Shown here: in pieces, positions 10,863 to 21,780 of the stretch
How the letters are laid out: each line of letters begins with the position of its first letter
How positions within the stretch are numbered: the first letter of the stretch is position 1
Assembly (NCBI GenBank): GCA_051942205.1
Contig: JAVECO010000195.1
Location: 1-41,152, forward strand
Direction of reading: 5' to 3'
From: Coniocarpon cinnabarinum
Taxonomy: Eukaryota
Length of the DNA: 41,152 bases
Made by a program: the position numbers and the translations under genes
The notes under the pieces: model-generated
What the model was told of the DNA's origin: nothing
The model's input: the letters and a program-made list of their open reading frames with translations, nothing else
Database searches by the model: none

Positions 10863-12705
10863 ATGCTTGTATCCGCCTCTATGCCACCCGTGGCCGAGTT
10901 GAAGAAGCACCATTCCCTTCCAAAGCTTAGGGACCTGGGCCGGCAACTCCGCCGGAGCGGACGTCATGAAGAAGCCATTGAAGTCTTCTCTGCACTTGCG
11001 GAGTCAGGCACGGTAGAATGCAAGCGAGATGCGCTCGCTGCACGAGCCGCAACCTACGAGAAACTAGGCCAGCCGAGTAAAGCGCTGGCAGATGGAAAAC
11101 AGATCATTGATCTGGACCCTGTCGATGTTCGCGGCTATCTTATCACGGGTCATCTGCTAACGCTGATGCGGAATCTGTCTTTGGCAGAGAAGATCTATCA
11201 CCGAGGCTTGCGATTTTGTCAGGAGCAAAGTGCCTGTCAAAAGTTGCAAGCGCGATTAGTACAGCTACCTGGCCATACTGTTGAGTCAAAAGTTTCAGAT
11301 CCACTCTTCCGGCTGCCATCAGAACTTCTGGAGATGGTGTTTGTCAGTATATCTCTGCAAGCGTTATGCAGAAGCCTGAAGGTCTCCAAACCCTGGCGGA
11401 CACGATTGACGGCAATGTCCGCACTCTGGATTGACGTCGACTTGTCTTCAGCTCGAGGTCCAGTTCGTCGTAAAGATCTCATGTGAGTGACCTTCCTCAG
11501 ACCGCACGTGAATTGTGCTCAGCAAGTGTCAGGTCATTCTCCAACTACTCTCAGAGTCGAATGCAGACTCTGGTCCTAAAGAATGTTGTCGTCCAAAACT
11601 CGAAGATCCTTGAGAATGTCACCCGCCAATGTACAGCACTCAGGCAACTGACCTTGCTCTCAGGTGGCGAGCTCAGTGGTTCTTTGCTGCGAGCACTGTC
11701 CTTTGCTTCAAACCTCAAAAGCCTCAGCCTGATGGGGAATGTGATAATTACAAGCCAAGTCGCTAGGTCTGCCATAGCAGCTTGTCCACACCTGGTCGAA
11801 ATCCAATTGGGTAACATAGATTTCTGTGAGCAATCTGCTGTTGAAAGTGAGAGCGGTCCCATGAGAGAGCAGATGAGCTTGCTCGCGTTCCGAGGTGCGC
11901 TTAAGCCGCGATCAAGCCATTGGCTGGTAAGCGCCGTTGACAGTATATTTCATTTTATTCTTGAAAGGGTAAGCAAGGCTGACTTCACATGCAGACCAGT
12001 ATCGTCAATCCGGGCCGGAGCTTGAAACATCTAATCATTTGCAGCAATTCGGCGCCTAATTCTCAGCCTATTGTGCAAGGCAAAGTGTTTGCAAACCTAC
12101 ATGCGCTCGAAGAACTCGAGTTGAGCAACCTCACACTGACGAATGCGGATGGGGTTTTTGCAACGTGCTTGAGAACACTTCGGGTGCTGAAGCTTACCAA
12201 TGTGATCGGGACAGAAGCGGCCTTGCCCTGGCTGGAGCAGTACAGACAACCAAGTCAACCGTTCCCTTTTCTCAGAGAACTTCTCATCACTCCATGTTCT
12301 AGCTTCGCGAAGATGATGGCATACTCAGCCTTAGTGCCCAGGTCGCTGAGGGGCTCTAAGACTCTGCAAAGTCTGACGCTTGATGTTGGGCTATTTGGCG
12401 ATGATGAGTTGAGGTCAATCCTGCACGGTGACCAAGTTTTGGGTATCAGCGACTTGCGTTTGATAAATGGCGTCAAGTTTAGAGATTGTCATGCAGAGAT
12501 GCTCGCGCTTGACAATGGGTGCTTGAACGAGCTAGCATTGCAGACAAGCCCAGTGACCGGCGTTGGCATTCGAACGTTGGCAGAGAAGTGCCCATCATTA
12601 AAACGCTTGCGGCTCACAGATTGCTTCAACATTGGACTCGACGCTATTGACGGGGTGCGAAGAAAAGGTATCAAGGTCGGCTTTCACCTTAACGCAGACA
12701 GCTAA
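10863..12705 (+). CDS. pof3: TPR / F-box / LRR protein (Pof3/Dia2-like SCF substrate adaptor)
   Basis: TPR (RAATYEKLG..ALADGKQII..RGYL), F-box (DPLFRLPSELLEMVF..VSKPW), then LRRs. Introns 11483-11532 and 11927-11994 join three ORFs in frame. Confidence 0.8.
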
Positions 12706-13782
12706 AAGGCAAGAATCAAGTCACCTGCATTTGACCAGCGGTCATGGGGGCAACGGCAATACTTCGAGGGGTCAAAGATTGCCCGTAGGTCCCTTACCGC
12801 GGGTTGCGAGTTAGGCGACGGGGGCACGAAGCATTGAGGCACTGGCCACAGTATGGAGATCTGGACCGCAAGAAGTCTACTCTTCCGGCGACTGCAGGAC
12901 GTTGCCTCGTACGTGACTGGGCGAAAAGGCAGACGGAGCACTGCTCTGCAACATCGTCATGGAAAGGGGTCCTTCATGGCGACCGCTCCTCCATGCGCCT
13001 CACCAAGGTAACAGACTGAAAGGGCCGAGGGTCTCGACTGGTATGACTGCTCATTGAAGGTGACACTAGATGCACGACATGCACGACAGATCAGGCAATC
13101 GGATCGTGTGCTGCCAGATGCGGCAAGCGGGGCCTTGCCGCCACTTTCACGTGCGTGGGCGCACCCTTCCCAGTGAATCAATCAGCATCCCGTCGAGGTG
13201 CCACCACCGCCCGACGTTGGTCGCGGGCCTCGAATCAGATCGCGCGCTCCTTCTGCGGTCGACGTAATGTTCGGCAAACCTGACGTCTCTCGCGAGTGCT
13301 GGGGCAGACCTGGCACTGTGTTGAACGACCGGAGCGACAATTTCTTGCATGCTCGGGTGACGGGCGTCAGACGTCTCGTCGGTCGAGAACTGAACACATG
13401 GATGCTTGTCCTCAATGCATTCCGGGCTTGTGATGACGTTGCAACGCAAGCGCTGGCTGTGCGCGGTGGACCTCTGTCTTTTCGGTGACCAATCCTCTGG
13501 ATTGCTCTTCAGCCCTCTCCAGAATTCGAAGCCCCACGCCACCCGCCACCGCGTCTTGGCCAGAAGCTGCTCCAAAATAGCTCTTGCTCTTGCCATCCAG
13601 AATTGAGCTTGTCCGCCTTGGGACTAGCCTACCAAGGTCCAAGAGGGCACTGCTTTGTTGCCGGTGGCAGAGACGCCTTCGACGCATGCTGGCTTCGCTG
13701 TTACCGATTCCAAACCCCGTGTCTTGTTCGTACCTTGTCGTCCTGATCTAACGCCTGCACCATTTCATACAGCAAGACCAAA

Positions 13783-15227
13783 ATGACTGCCAGCCTGAGC
13801 CCCAATGACATCCTCGCGCCTGGCAGCGCCCAGACGCGTCGCATCAGCTCTGCCAATGCTAGCAGTGAGAATCTCGCAAACGTTGGTGGCCCCGCCGGTG
13901 AGTGAAGGCCAACGGTGCCATGTTTGAAGTGCTCAGTGTTTTTTGCAGTCGTCGTTCCACCCGAACAGATGGACAAGCAGAGTGATGCGCACGAGATTGC
14001 CGCTGCCATGGAGCTGGCTCGACGGCAGCTGGAGGGTTTGGCCGCTTTCAGGTCGCAAGCTAAACCGCCAAAGACGCGCATCACTGACCGATATGCTTTT
14101 GCCTTCGACATCGACGGAGTACTCATCAAAGGCGGCAAGCCCATACCCGAAGCGATCGAAGCGATGAAGATGTTGAACGGCCAAAACAACCACGGCATCA
14201 AAGTGTGCGTACAATCACGTGGGAAATCTGCGCCCTCGCCTGCTTGTTTGCTGCTGCTGCTGCTGTTCGTTAACGTGTACTATGCAGACCCTACATCTTC
14301 GTAACGAACGGAGGCGGAAAGTCAGAGTCGGAGCGTTGCATCCAACTTTCCAAGCAACTGGAGATCGAAGTGTCACCTGGTCAATTCATTTGCGGACATA
14401 CTCCTATGCGTGAGATGGCCGACAAGTACAAAACTGTGCTGGTTGTTGGCGGCGAAGGTGAAAAGTGCAGAGAAGTTGCTGTCGAGTATGGCTTTCGGGA
14501 CGTAATCACGCCGGGCGACGTGATCAAAACGCACGCTGACACGACTCCCTTCCGGAAGTTGACCAAAGCTGAGTATGACAATAGCAAAGTGAGAGACTTT
14601 GAGAATATCCAGGTTGAGGCGATATTCGTCTTTGCGGATTCCAGGGACTGGGCTGGCGATCAGCAAATCATTTTAGATTTTTTGACCAGCAAGAACGGCG
14701 TGCTCGGCACCCGGTCCGAGAAGTATGACGAGGGCCCGCCTTTATACTTCGCTCATAATGATGTAGTTTGGGCGACGTCGCATGAAAGTAGTCGCATTGG
14801 AATGGGCGCACTGCGACGATCCGTCGAAGCCATGTTCGAAGCCGTTACCGGAAAGTCGATTGAGACGACGGCCTTTGGAAAGCCACAAGTTGGCACCTTT
14901 GAATTCTCAACACGACTGCTGCAGCAGTGGCGGAAAGACACACACGGGATTGATGCGCCGCCGAAGACTGTATACTTTGTGGGCGACACACCCGACAGCG
15001 ACATTCGGGGCACCAACGAGTTCAACAAACAGGCAGCAGAGACGTGGTACTCGATATTAGTGCGGACGGGCGTATTTCAGGGGATCGAGCCCAAATACGC
15101 ACCAAAGGTGACAGTGGATAACGTCTTGGAAGCCGTTCGACATGGCATGGAGAGAGAGCTCCGCAAGGATCTGAATGAGCACATGAGGAGCCGACCTCTT
15201 TTCGAAGTAGCCAACGAAGATAATTAG
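13783..15227 (+). CDS. HAD-superfamily class IIA hydrolase (CECR5/HDHD5-like)
   Basis: FAFDIDGVL, VPYIFVTNGGGK, FGKP and FVGDTPDSDIRG motifs. Introns 13898-13948 and 14205-14287. Confidence 0.9.
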
Positions 15228-15483
15228 CAGTTCCGGTGGGGCCTTTTGCGCCAAAGCTCCACTGGATCGTACGAGACAATTGGTACAGAGGCGTCAGAGA
15301 ACGGTGGTTGACCTTCTTAAATTTGAGCGTCGATTGACTACCTGTTGAATGTCAAGAACACTTGCGTTCATAATGACCTGACCTTACCACAATCGGTGGT
15401 ATGCATATGTGATAGATGTCAGCACAGTCTGTACCGAGGCAGCTGCACCAAACGGTTTATCGGAAATTCACAAACATGACATG

Positions 15484-16461
15484 TCAATGCTTCCTGTTCT
15501 TGATCTTGAACTTGACGCCGCTCTTGTTCACCCCACCAAGGTCACCCCGCATCCGAGCGCGCTGGAGGTCGAGTTCACGTTCAGCCTTCCTCAGTTCCTC
15601 ATCTTGCGCCCGTAATTCATCAAACGCTGTTCGCTGCTTCGCGAACAACGCCTGTCGGCTCAAGACGTCCTGCAACGATGCCTGCTCCGCATGCTGTGAC
15701 CGAAGCGACCCCATCATCTCCTGCCGTGTTGATGAGTCTCGAACCTGTCGGGTGTTGTCGCCTGCTACTTTTTCGACATCCTCGTTAGCAGAACACGTAT
15801 GCCCGTGCGCACCGTCGATCCACATCGTCCGTGTTCTCTCTTCTATCCCACTGTGACCAAGGATCTCAAGGTCGTCAATGGGGGCACCTTCACCGCTGCC
15901 AGCAGCACCAGCAGCAACAACAACAACAACAGTAGACCTGCTGCCGGATATGCCAGCCATTGCTCCTTGCAGCCTTTGTTTTTCCCTTCTCACCTGAGCT
16001 CTCGCGGTCCTCAAGAATCCCGCATCCTGTGTCTTGAGCAATTTCACCGTATCCACTGACAAGCCTCCGCCCAGCTCCACCTCTTGCCGCACACGTGCCT
16101 GCAGTTCATCTTGACCGGCGCCTCCTATATTGCCGACATTTCTTTTCTTGGTCATACCTCCCCCACTGCTGTATTGACCGTCCTCGTTCTTCTGGTTCAT
16201 CTCCTTTTTTCTCATCTGAGACCCATGCGCTCGAGTCACGGCACTCGTACCGGACATCATTTTGAACGAAAACTCATCCGGATTGCGAGCTGCCGCTTTT
16301 TCGCGAAGTCGCTTTAGGTGGATTTGCTTCGCCTTATGGTCGGCTGCCCGAAGGCGGTAATCCTTGCGTTTTTCCAGTAGCGGGTGGGAGCGAGAGCGGG
16401 AGAGAGGCTGTGGCCGCTCGCGGTAGGAGCGCGAGGGCACGGCGTTCCGAATGGAGGACAT
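15484..16461 (-). CDS. UTP11: U3 snoRNA-associated protein 11 (SSU processome)
   Basis: MSSIRNAV..ERPQP..LLEKRKDY..RNPDEFSFKM..LLKTQDAGFL, basic C-terminus. Confidence 0.93.
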   Translation of the reverse strand: MSSIRNAVPSRSYRERPQPLSRSRSHPLLEKRKDYRLRAADHKAKQIHLKRLREKAAARNPDEFSFKMMSGTSAVTRAHGSQMRKKEMNQKNEDGQYSSGGGMTKKRNVGNIGGAGQDELQARVRQEVELGGGLSVDTVKLLKTQDAGFLRTARAQVRREKQRLQGAMAGISGSRSTVVVVVAAGAAGSGEGAPIDDLEILGHSGIEERTRTMWIDGAHGHTCSANEDVEKVAGDNTRQVRDSSTRQEMMGSLRSQHAEQASLQDVLSRQALFAKQRTAFDELRAQDEELRKAERELDLQRARMRGDLGGVNKSGVKFKIKNRKH

Positions 16462-17012
16462 TTTTCGAATGGCTGTGTGTGCGCAGGCAGTAGGGATGTT
16501 GATAATATTGATAATGGAGGAGAAGGGGCTCCGTCCAAAATTTGTTGGCGGTTTGTCTAAAAGGTGCTTTCAGCGCCGGAAATAGGAGCCTCAAGTCCGA
16601 ACGCCTCTCAATTATGTGACTTCAACTCTCTGAATGACCAAGGTCATGGAAGTAGATTCAAATTAGGTTTCAATTTACACAGCTTCGCGTCCTTCGTAAG
16701 CTACATGAAGGACCCAAGATCATTCGACAAGTCAAGCATCTATTTGACTTTGGTCACCTCTGGCTCTGCAGCGTGATGATTTTCGCGGTCCCCGCCCCCC
16801 TTTCCCCCAAGTGGGGGAGGTAGTGATGAGCACGATTAACTCTACCAGTCGGAGAGCCCAGACGGCAACCAACACTATCGTAGGATCCTCGCAAAGCAGA
16901 TAACCCCCTACTTACTCCACAACCTATATAGATGATAAAGGGGGTGGAAAAATATTGGTAATCTGCATGAGGCATGGGGAAATAAGTGGTCAGATGCACA
17001 AAAAGCATTGCA

Positions 17013-17024
17013 GAAAATTTTTCA
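17013..17024 (-). promoter_or_regulatory. RRPE-like motif TGAAAAATTTTC upstream of UTP11
   Basis: Matches the ribosome-biogenesis RRPE consensus, ~550 nt upstream of the UTP11 ATG. A PAC-like GATGAG lies at ~16825. Confidence 0.45.
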
Positions 17025-17471
17025 AATTATCTGCAAAAAATTAAAAACTGTTTAACAGCTCTCGCCTCGTTCGGCAAGAAGCTATGTGAAGGAAGCTGAG
17101 CACCGCTGGTCTCACAATGTCGTGAGTGCGGGCAAGCGGACGAACCAGAGCTCCATGTCTGCACCGAGTCGCGTTGCGTGTAACATCCTCAGACCGGCTG
17201 AAGATGCCGCGGCTTCGCTTCTATGCTGCCTCAGTGTAAGGCAGTGGAGACTCCGAGTTGTGACCGAATCCTGATCCTAGCACATACCAATCATTCGAAT
17301 TGTGCAACGGCAGAGAACGTGTCGCGGTCTTGTTGCTGGACGCCGTTGCATGAGCCGGTCGTGGTTGAGAGTACCAACACCGGCAAACAATGCAATGGAC
17401 GCATACGTGTCCATCAGCGTTGCTCGTGGTCAAGGACAGAGCCACCTGTGATGACGTTTGCGAACCGAGTT

Positions 17472-18341
17472 TCAGCGTCGCGAATGACGTACGACGACGC
17501 CGTGTCTCCTGCTTTCACCTTTTCGCGCGTCCAGTTTCGCGTGCTGACGCATGTACTCGCCTTCGGAATCTGAGCTGCTGAGATCTGAGCCAGAGCTGCC
17601 ACATCGGCTCCCGCCACAATCAAGCTTGACCCGGGCCCCGCGCTTGTTGACACCCCATCTGTCGCATGAACAAACAGAGCTTGCGGGTGATGCCGGGCTG
17701 ATGGGAGAACCGCGACTGGAGTTGGAAGTAAGTGACGGCAAATCAGAACTGGCGTCAGACTCTATCTCGCTGTCCGAGTATTCAGAGCTGTCCTCTTCAG
17801 ACGAGGAGAAGGAACTACTCGACACGTGCGTGGCAGCAAGCTTGTGGGAGATTTTATCAACATCCGAGCCCGAGTATCGGGCGTTAGCGAGGCGACGAGT
17901 CTCGTGAGGTTTCTGTGGACGCGGAGCGATGATCTTGGAGGGAGAGAGGGAGCGACCATGAGGAACATCAGCATGAGTGGAGTCTCGATGAACAGTCGAC
18001 GTGCGTTTGGCCGTGCGAGAAGAGACGTGGGCGGAGGGCCTGTTGCCCTTGGCATCGGGAATGTCCAGAATGTTGAGAGTGCGCTTCGTTGTCGGCTCTA
18101 CAGTCGACGGCTGGCCGGCATCGTGGGAAACCTTGTAACCGTCAATGATGTAGTAATACCAGTAGCGCTTGCCCTGCTGGAGTGTGGATCCTTGAAAGCG
18201 GAAAGTGCCTCGCCAGCAGCCCGGCTTGGAATCTTTGGACAGCGGCAGCTGACCCTTGTAGCCGTCCCAGTTGCCCAGCAGGTGGACCGTCTTGCAGCTT
18301 GAAGAAGTTTTGAGGGAGAAGCTGAGTTGAATGGCAGCCAT
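17472..18341 (-). CDS. AMPK-beta-type carbohydrate-binding-module (E-set) protein with Ser-rich tail; function unknown
   Basis: TVHLLGNWDGY..W..GKRYWYYYIIDG..NILD fits an AMPK1_CBM-like fold. A C-terminal Cys motif follows. Confidence 0.78.
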   Translation of the reverse strand: MAAIQLSFSLKTSSSCKTVHLLGNWDGYKGQLPLSKDSKPGCWRGTFRFQGSTLQQGKRYWYYYIIDGYKVSHDAGQPSTVEPTTKRTLNILDIPDAKGNRPSAHVSSRTAKRTSTVHRDSTHADVPHGRSLSPSKIIAPRPQKPHETRRLANARYSGSDVDKISHKLAATHVSSSSFSSSEEDSSEYSDSEIESDASSDLPSLTSNSSRGSPISPASPASSVCSCDRWGVNKRGARVKLDCGGSRCGSSGSDLSSSDSEGEYMRQHAKLDARKGESRRHGVVVRHSRR

Positions 18342-19124
18342 GGTGGAGAATGATTGGTATCAGTCGTGTAGGGACTCGTTCAGTTGATCGGGATCAAAGG
18401 ACTCGTGTGCACGAGGATTGAGTCAGGCAAGCTGTGTGATGTGTCGACCGGCGACAAATTTGTTAAGATTAAATTATAAAAGAACTATTGTGCCAGTATG
18501 TATTTTTCCTGTTGTTTTCTGAAGAGCACCAGGCTCTTTGGAGGCAAAGCAAATGCAAGAAGAAGTAGAGACAACGACGAAGGGACACAACACACAACTC
18601 GAAAATCAATTGTCAGGCCTGCTGAAGAGAAAAGAAAAGAAAGGAAGAAAAACCATCGGCGGAAGCGGCAGAAAGAGACATGGCTATATAGACTGCAGAC
18701 GAGCAGCGTTACTCTGCAGATTCCGACGACTGCATGCAAGCCCACGGGCCCATGACACGAGCTGCTGACCGAAGTAGAGGCGTTCAGTGCGCACCCGAGC
18801 TAAGCATGGTTCGAGCAGCAGCACGGCGTCCTGCTGCATGTGAAGGCTTATGCAGGCGTGCACAAGCGTCAGCGCTTACACGGCGAAGGGGGGAGGGAGA
18901 GCCAGCTGCGCGACTGTAGGGAGTAGGGTGAGCTCACGCAGGCAGGCAGAAAGGAAGGCGACGATGGCCGGTGTGCAAGGCGAGCAGGAAGGGCGGCGGT
19001 CGAATGAGAAGACAGAGGGCGAGGCGCGTAGACGGATTGCTGTGTGACATGGACAGCCACGCTACCTTAGCCCCGGCGAGTGGGGCACTTTATTGGCACT
19101 TCGCAGTGAGTGGATGCGCGAGGT

Positions 19125-19199
19125 GGAGGAGGAGGAGGAGGAGGAGGACGACGGCGACGCAGTGGACGAAGAGACGGAGAGAGAGAGAGAGAGAGAGAG
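19125..19199 (+). repeat. (GGA)n and (GA)n microsatellites
   Basis: (GGA)8 at 19125-19148 and (GA)~11 at 19177-19199. Confidence 0.9.
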
Positions 19200-19852
19200 G
19201 GAGGCAGACAGAGGGAGAGAAAGCGAGGAGAGGGGCAAGGCGAGCAGAAGCATGTGATTGGCGGGATGCCTGCGACTAGTGCGGGCTGCGGGCACAGACC
19301 TCGGAGGCTAGCGTGTGCACGGGCCACGAATGCATTGCAGCAGTCCAGTTGTCGAACACAACAACCGTCCAGTCACCACCGTCACCCCACGTCACCCATA
19401 CCACGGCGCTTACAGATGCCACTCATCGTCCGTCTCCCCTCTTCGCTCGTGCCTGCTATCGATTGCCCGTGCTCGCACGTACCTGTCTGCCAGCCTGGAC
19501 AACACGATCGATCTTGCCAAGCTTCAGCGCAGCTGCAGACAACGTCGCTCCACACTCACTTGGCACGTGTAGCCATGATGGAGGCCAAGACGACGACAAC
19601 GACGACGTAATGACCATCACCACGCTGTCGACCTCGCCGCTGATTGTAGCCGCCGCAGGTGCCGAGTACGCTCAGCTCCACGCCTCTCGCCCTGTCAACT
19701 CTTGTCCGGAGCCTGCATGACCACCTTGCATCGACGTCGCGATCGTTCTCCCTTTTTGCACCCGGCACTCGAAATGCGCGCTGTGAACGTCCTGTCTGCC
19801 TTTAGCCTCACAACCTTTGGCGTCCCGCTCGGTAGACTGTCCGATGTTCCCC

Positions 19853-20795
19853 CTACGAGGCTTTTGCGTCGTCTTTTTGCCCCTTGTTCTTGGCCTCGTC
19901 ACCTTGGGACGCAGATCCGTTGGTGTCCCGGGTCTTGTGACCACGCTCTTTCATCTTGCGTTCTTGCGCGTCCAGCATGTCTGCGAGTGTGTCAGCTCAC
20001 TGCTTTGAGCCTCGAACACGCGTCTCTTGCGCTGCCACTCACCCATCCATTGATCTTCCCCAGCGTAGGCCTCGTGGTGGATTTTCTTATCCACTAGTCG
20101 TTTATGCTCCGGATCATCGGGGTCTAATACTTTGATCGTCTCCCACCTGCCTTTCCCTGCTCTCAAGTCATTGCTCTCAAGCGCAAAGCTCGCCACCAAG
20201 ACTGCCAGCGTGAGCCCCTGTGCATATACACGAGCCTGGACGAGCTTTTGCTGCGCGGAGAGATATGGACTCCGCCCGACTATGCCAAGCGCAATGGCCA
20301 TAGAAGCGACCCATGACCCAAACACGATCGGATATCGCTGCTCACTGACCCACTCCTTGGCGCGCACATTCAATGGCTTTTCTTGCCGTATGGACTGCAT
20401 TGCTCGCTCCGACTGGTTGACGAAGTCACTGTCTGCATGGCGGCTCTTCTCGAAATTTCGAGAAGCACGATCGGCTGCAATAACACCTGATGATGGTCAG
20501 TACAACTGGACGCGGTCAGACGTGCTTGATGGAGCCTTACCACAGAACGCCGTTGACGACGTTACAAGGAAGGCTCGGAACGGTATGCTCAACGACCTAA
20601 AAGCATGGAATTGCCTCGCAGCGCCCAAGACGCCCGCGCTCGCGATTGCAAAGCCTCCCAAAGCACCCATCACACCGCCCTCCCAGATTGCTCTGCGTGG
20701 GAACCCGTGTCAGCTCGTCTACCGTCGAACATCTTGTATTTGTAGGAAACACACCGGTTATGAGCGCGCTCCTCTTCCGGCGTTAGAATCTTCAT
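19853..20795 (-). CDS. RCF2: Respiratory supercomplex factor 2 (HIG1 domain)
   Basis: Spliced: MKILTPEEERAH..FRSLSIPFRAFLVTS..GVIAADRASRNFE..QKLVQARVYAQGLTL..HHEAYAGEDQWMDM. Introns 20754-20693, 20540-20487 and 20042-19981. Stop at 19853. Confidence 0.9.
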
Positions 20796-21780
20796 ATTGC
20801 GAAAGAGTCACTCCACCGTGCTCGATGCCTTGCGAAGGATCAACTATTGCCGACAGTTGAAAATAGGTAGGTAGTAAAGGGATATGCGATGACGTAATCT
20901 CATCCTGGGAGAATTCTCGGCATAATTTGGTGAACAGGGTCTGCAGAAGCTTCCACTGCAAACGCGTCTGTTTCCACATGGAGGTGCACGTAGGCTGATG
21001 TGTACGAATGCGCTTCGAGGTTCAATTCAGTGAAGCAATCTCTGAGCCCTATAGGCTGTTGTATCTTGGACCATGGACCGAGGAGACGTGTCAATAGCAT
21101 CATTGCTCCCTACACCAGCTTGATTTTGACTGCAGAAGCTTGTATGCTGAATATAAGATAGCTAGAAAGACCTGAGGATGACCAGCACCACTGCAGAAAT
21201 CTATCGATGCAGTATAACTTGGAGCTGAATCTATATATCTCGCTTGTCCGTCTACTTGCTTGCGGACGGTACCTTGGCGCTGAAATTGACTAGCTATTGC
21301 ACCGCACGAGTATCCTGCGGGTCCGCTGCTATTACTGGAGGACTGCCAGAAATACCATTCCTTTGCCCGTCGGATCCTTAGGACCTCTGAATGGTTCGAA
21401 GTTTTGAGGAGCTCTCCACGCAGTCAAATCGAAACCGCTTTCGCCACACTCGTCGTCGTTACACGTAGAACGCTGCGAGTTTCAGCGAGGACCTATCCAA
21501 TAAGCTTTCCAGCTGCTCACTAACGCAGAGCTTGAACGGCGGTATAGAATGGCATGTGTGTGTCTCGGCTAACCCATGGTCATAGCTTGTCTGCATGTCA
21601 AGTCCCCAGTGCCTGGTCCATCGTTGAGTACCTCTCCAGCGGATTTCATGATTCGCATGATATACTTCTTGCAGAGATCTGGAGACGTGGCGTGGCTCGC
21701 TTTCGAGTGTTCGTGTCCCAATCGCGACGCCACTGGTGATCTAAGCATGGTTGACTACACGTGTCGTTCACCACAACTCG

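Noticed and set aside
12710..13780. Short ORFs between the F-box gene and the HAD hydrolase
   Set aside because: Overlapping Arg-rich frames with no recognisable domain or convincing splice model. Likely promoter or UTR.
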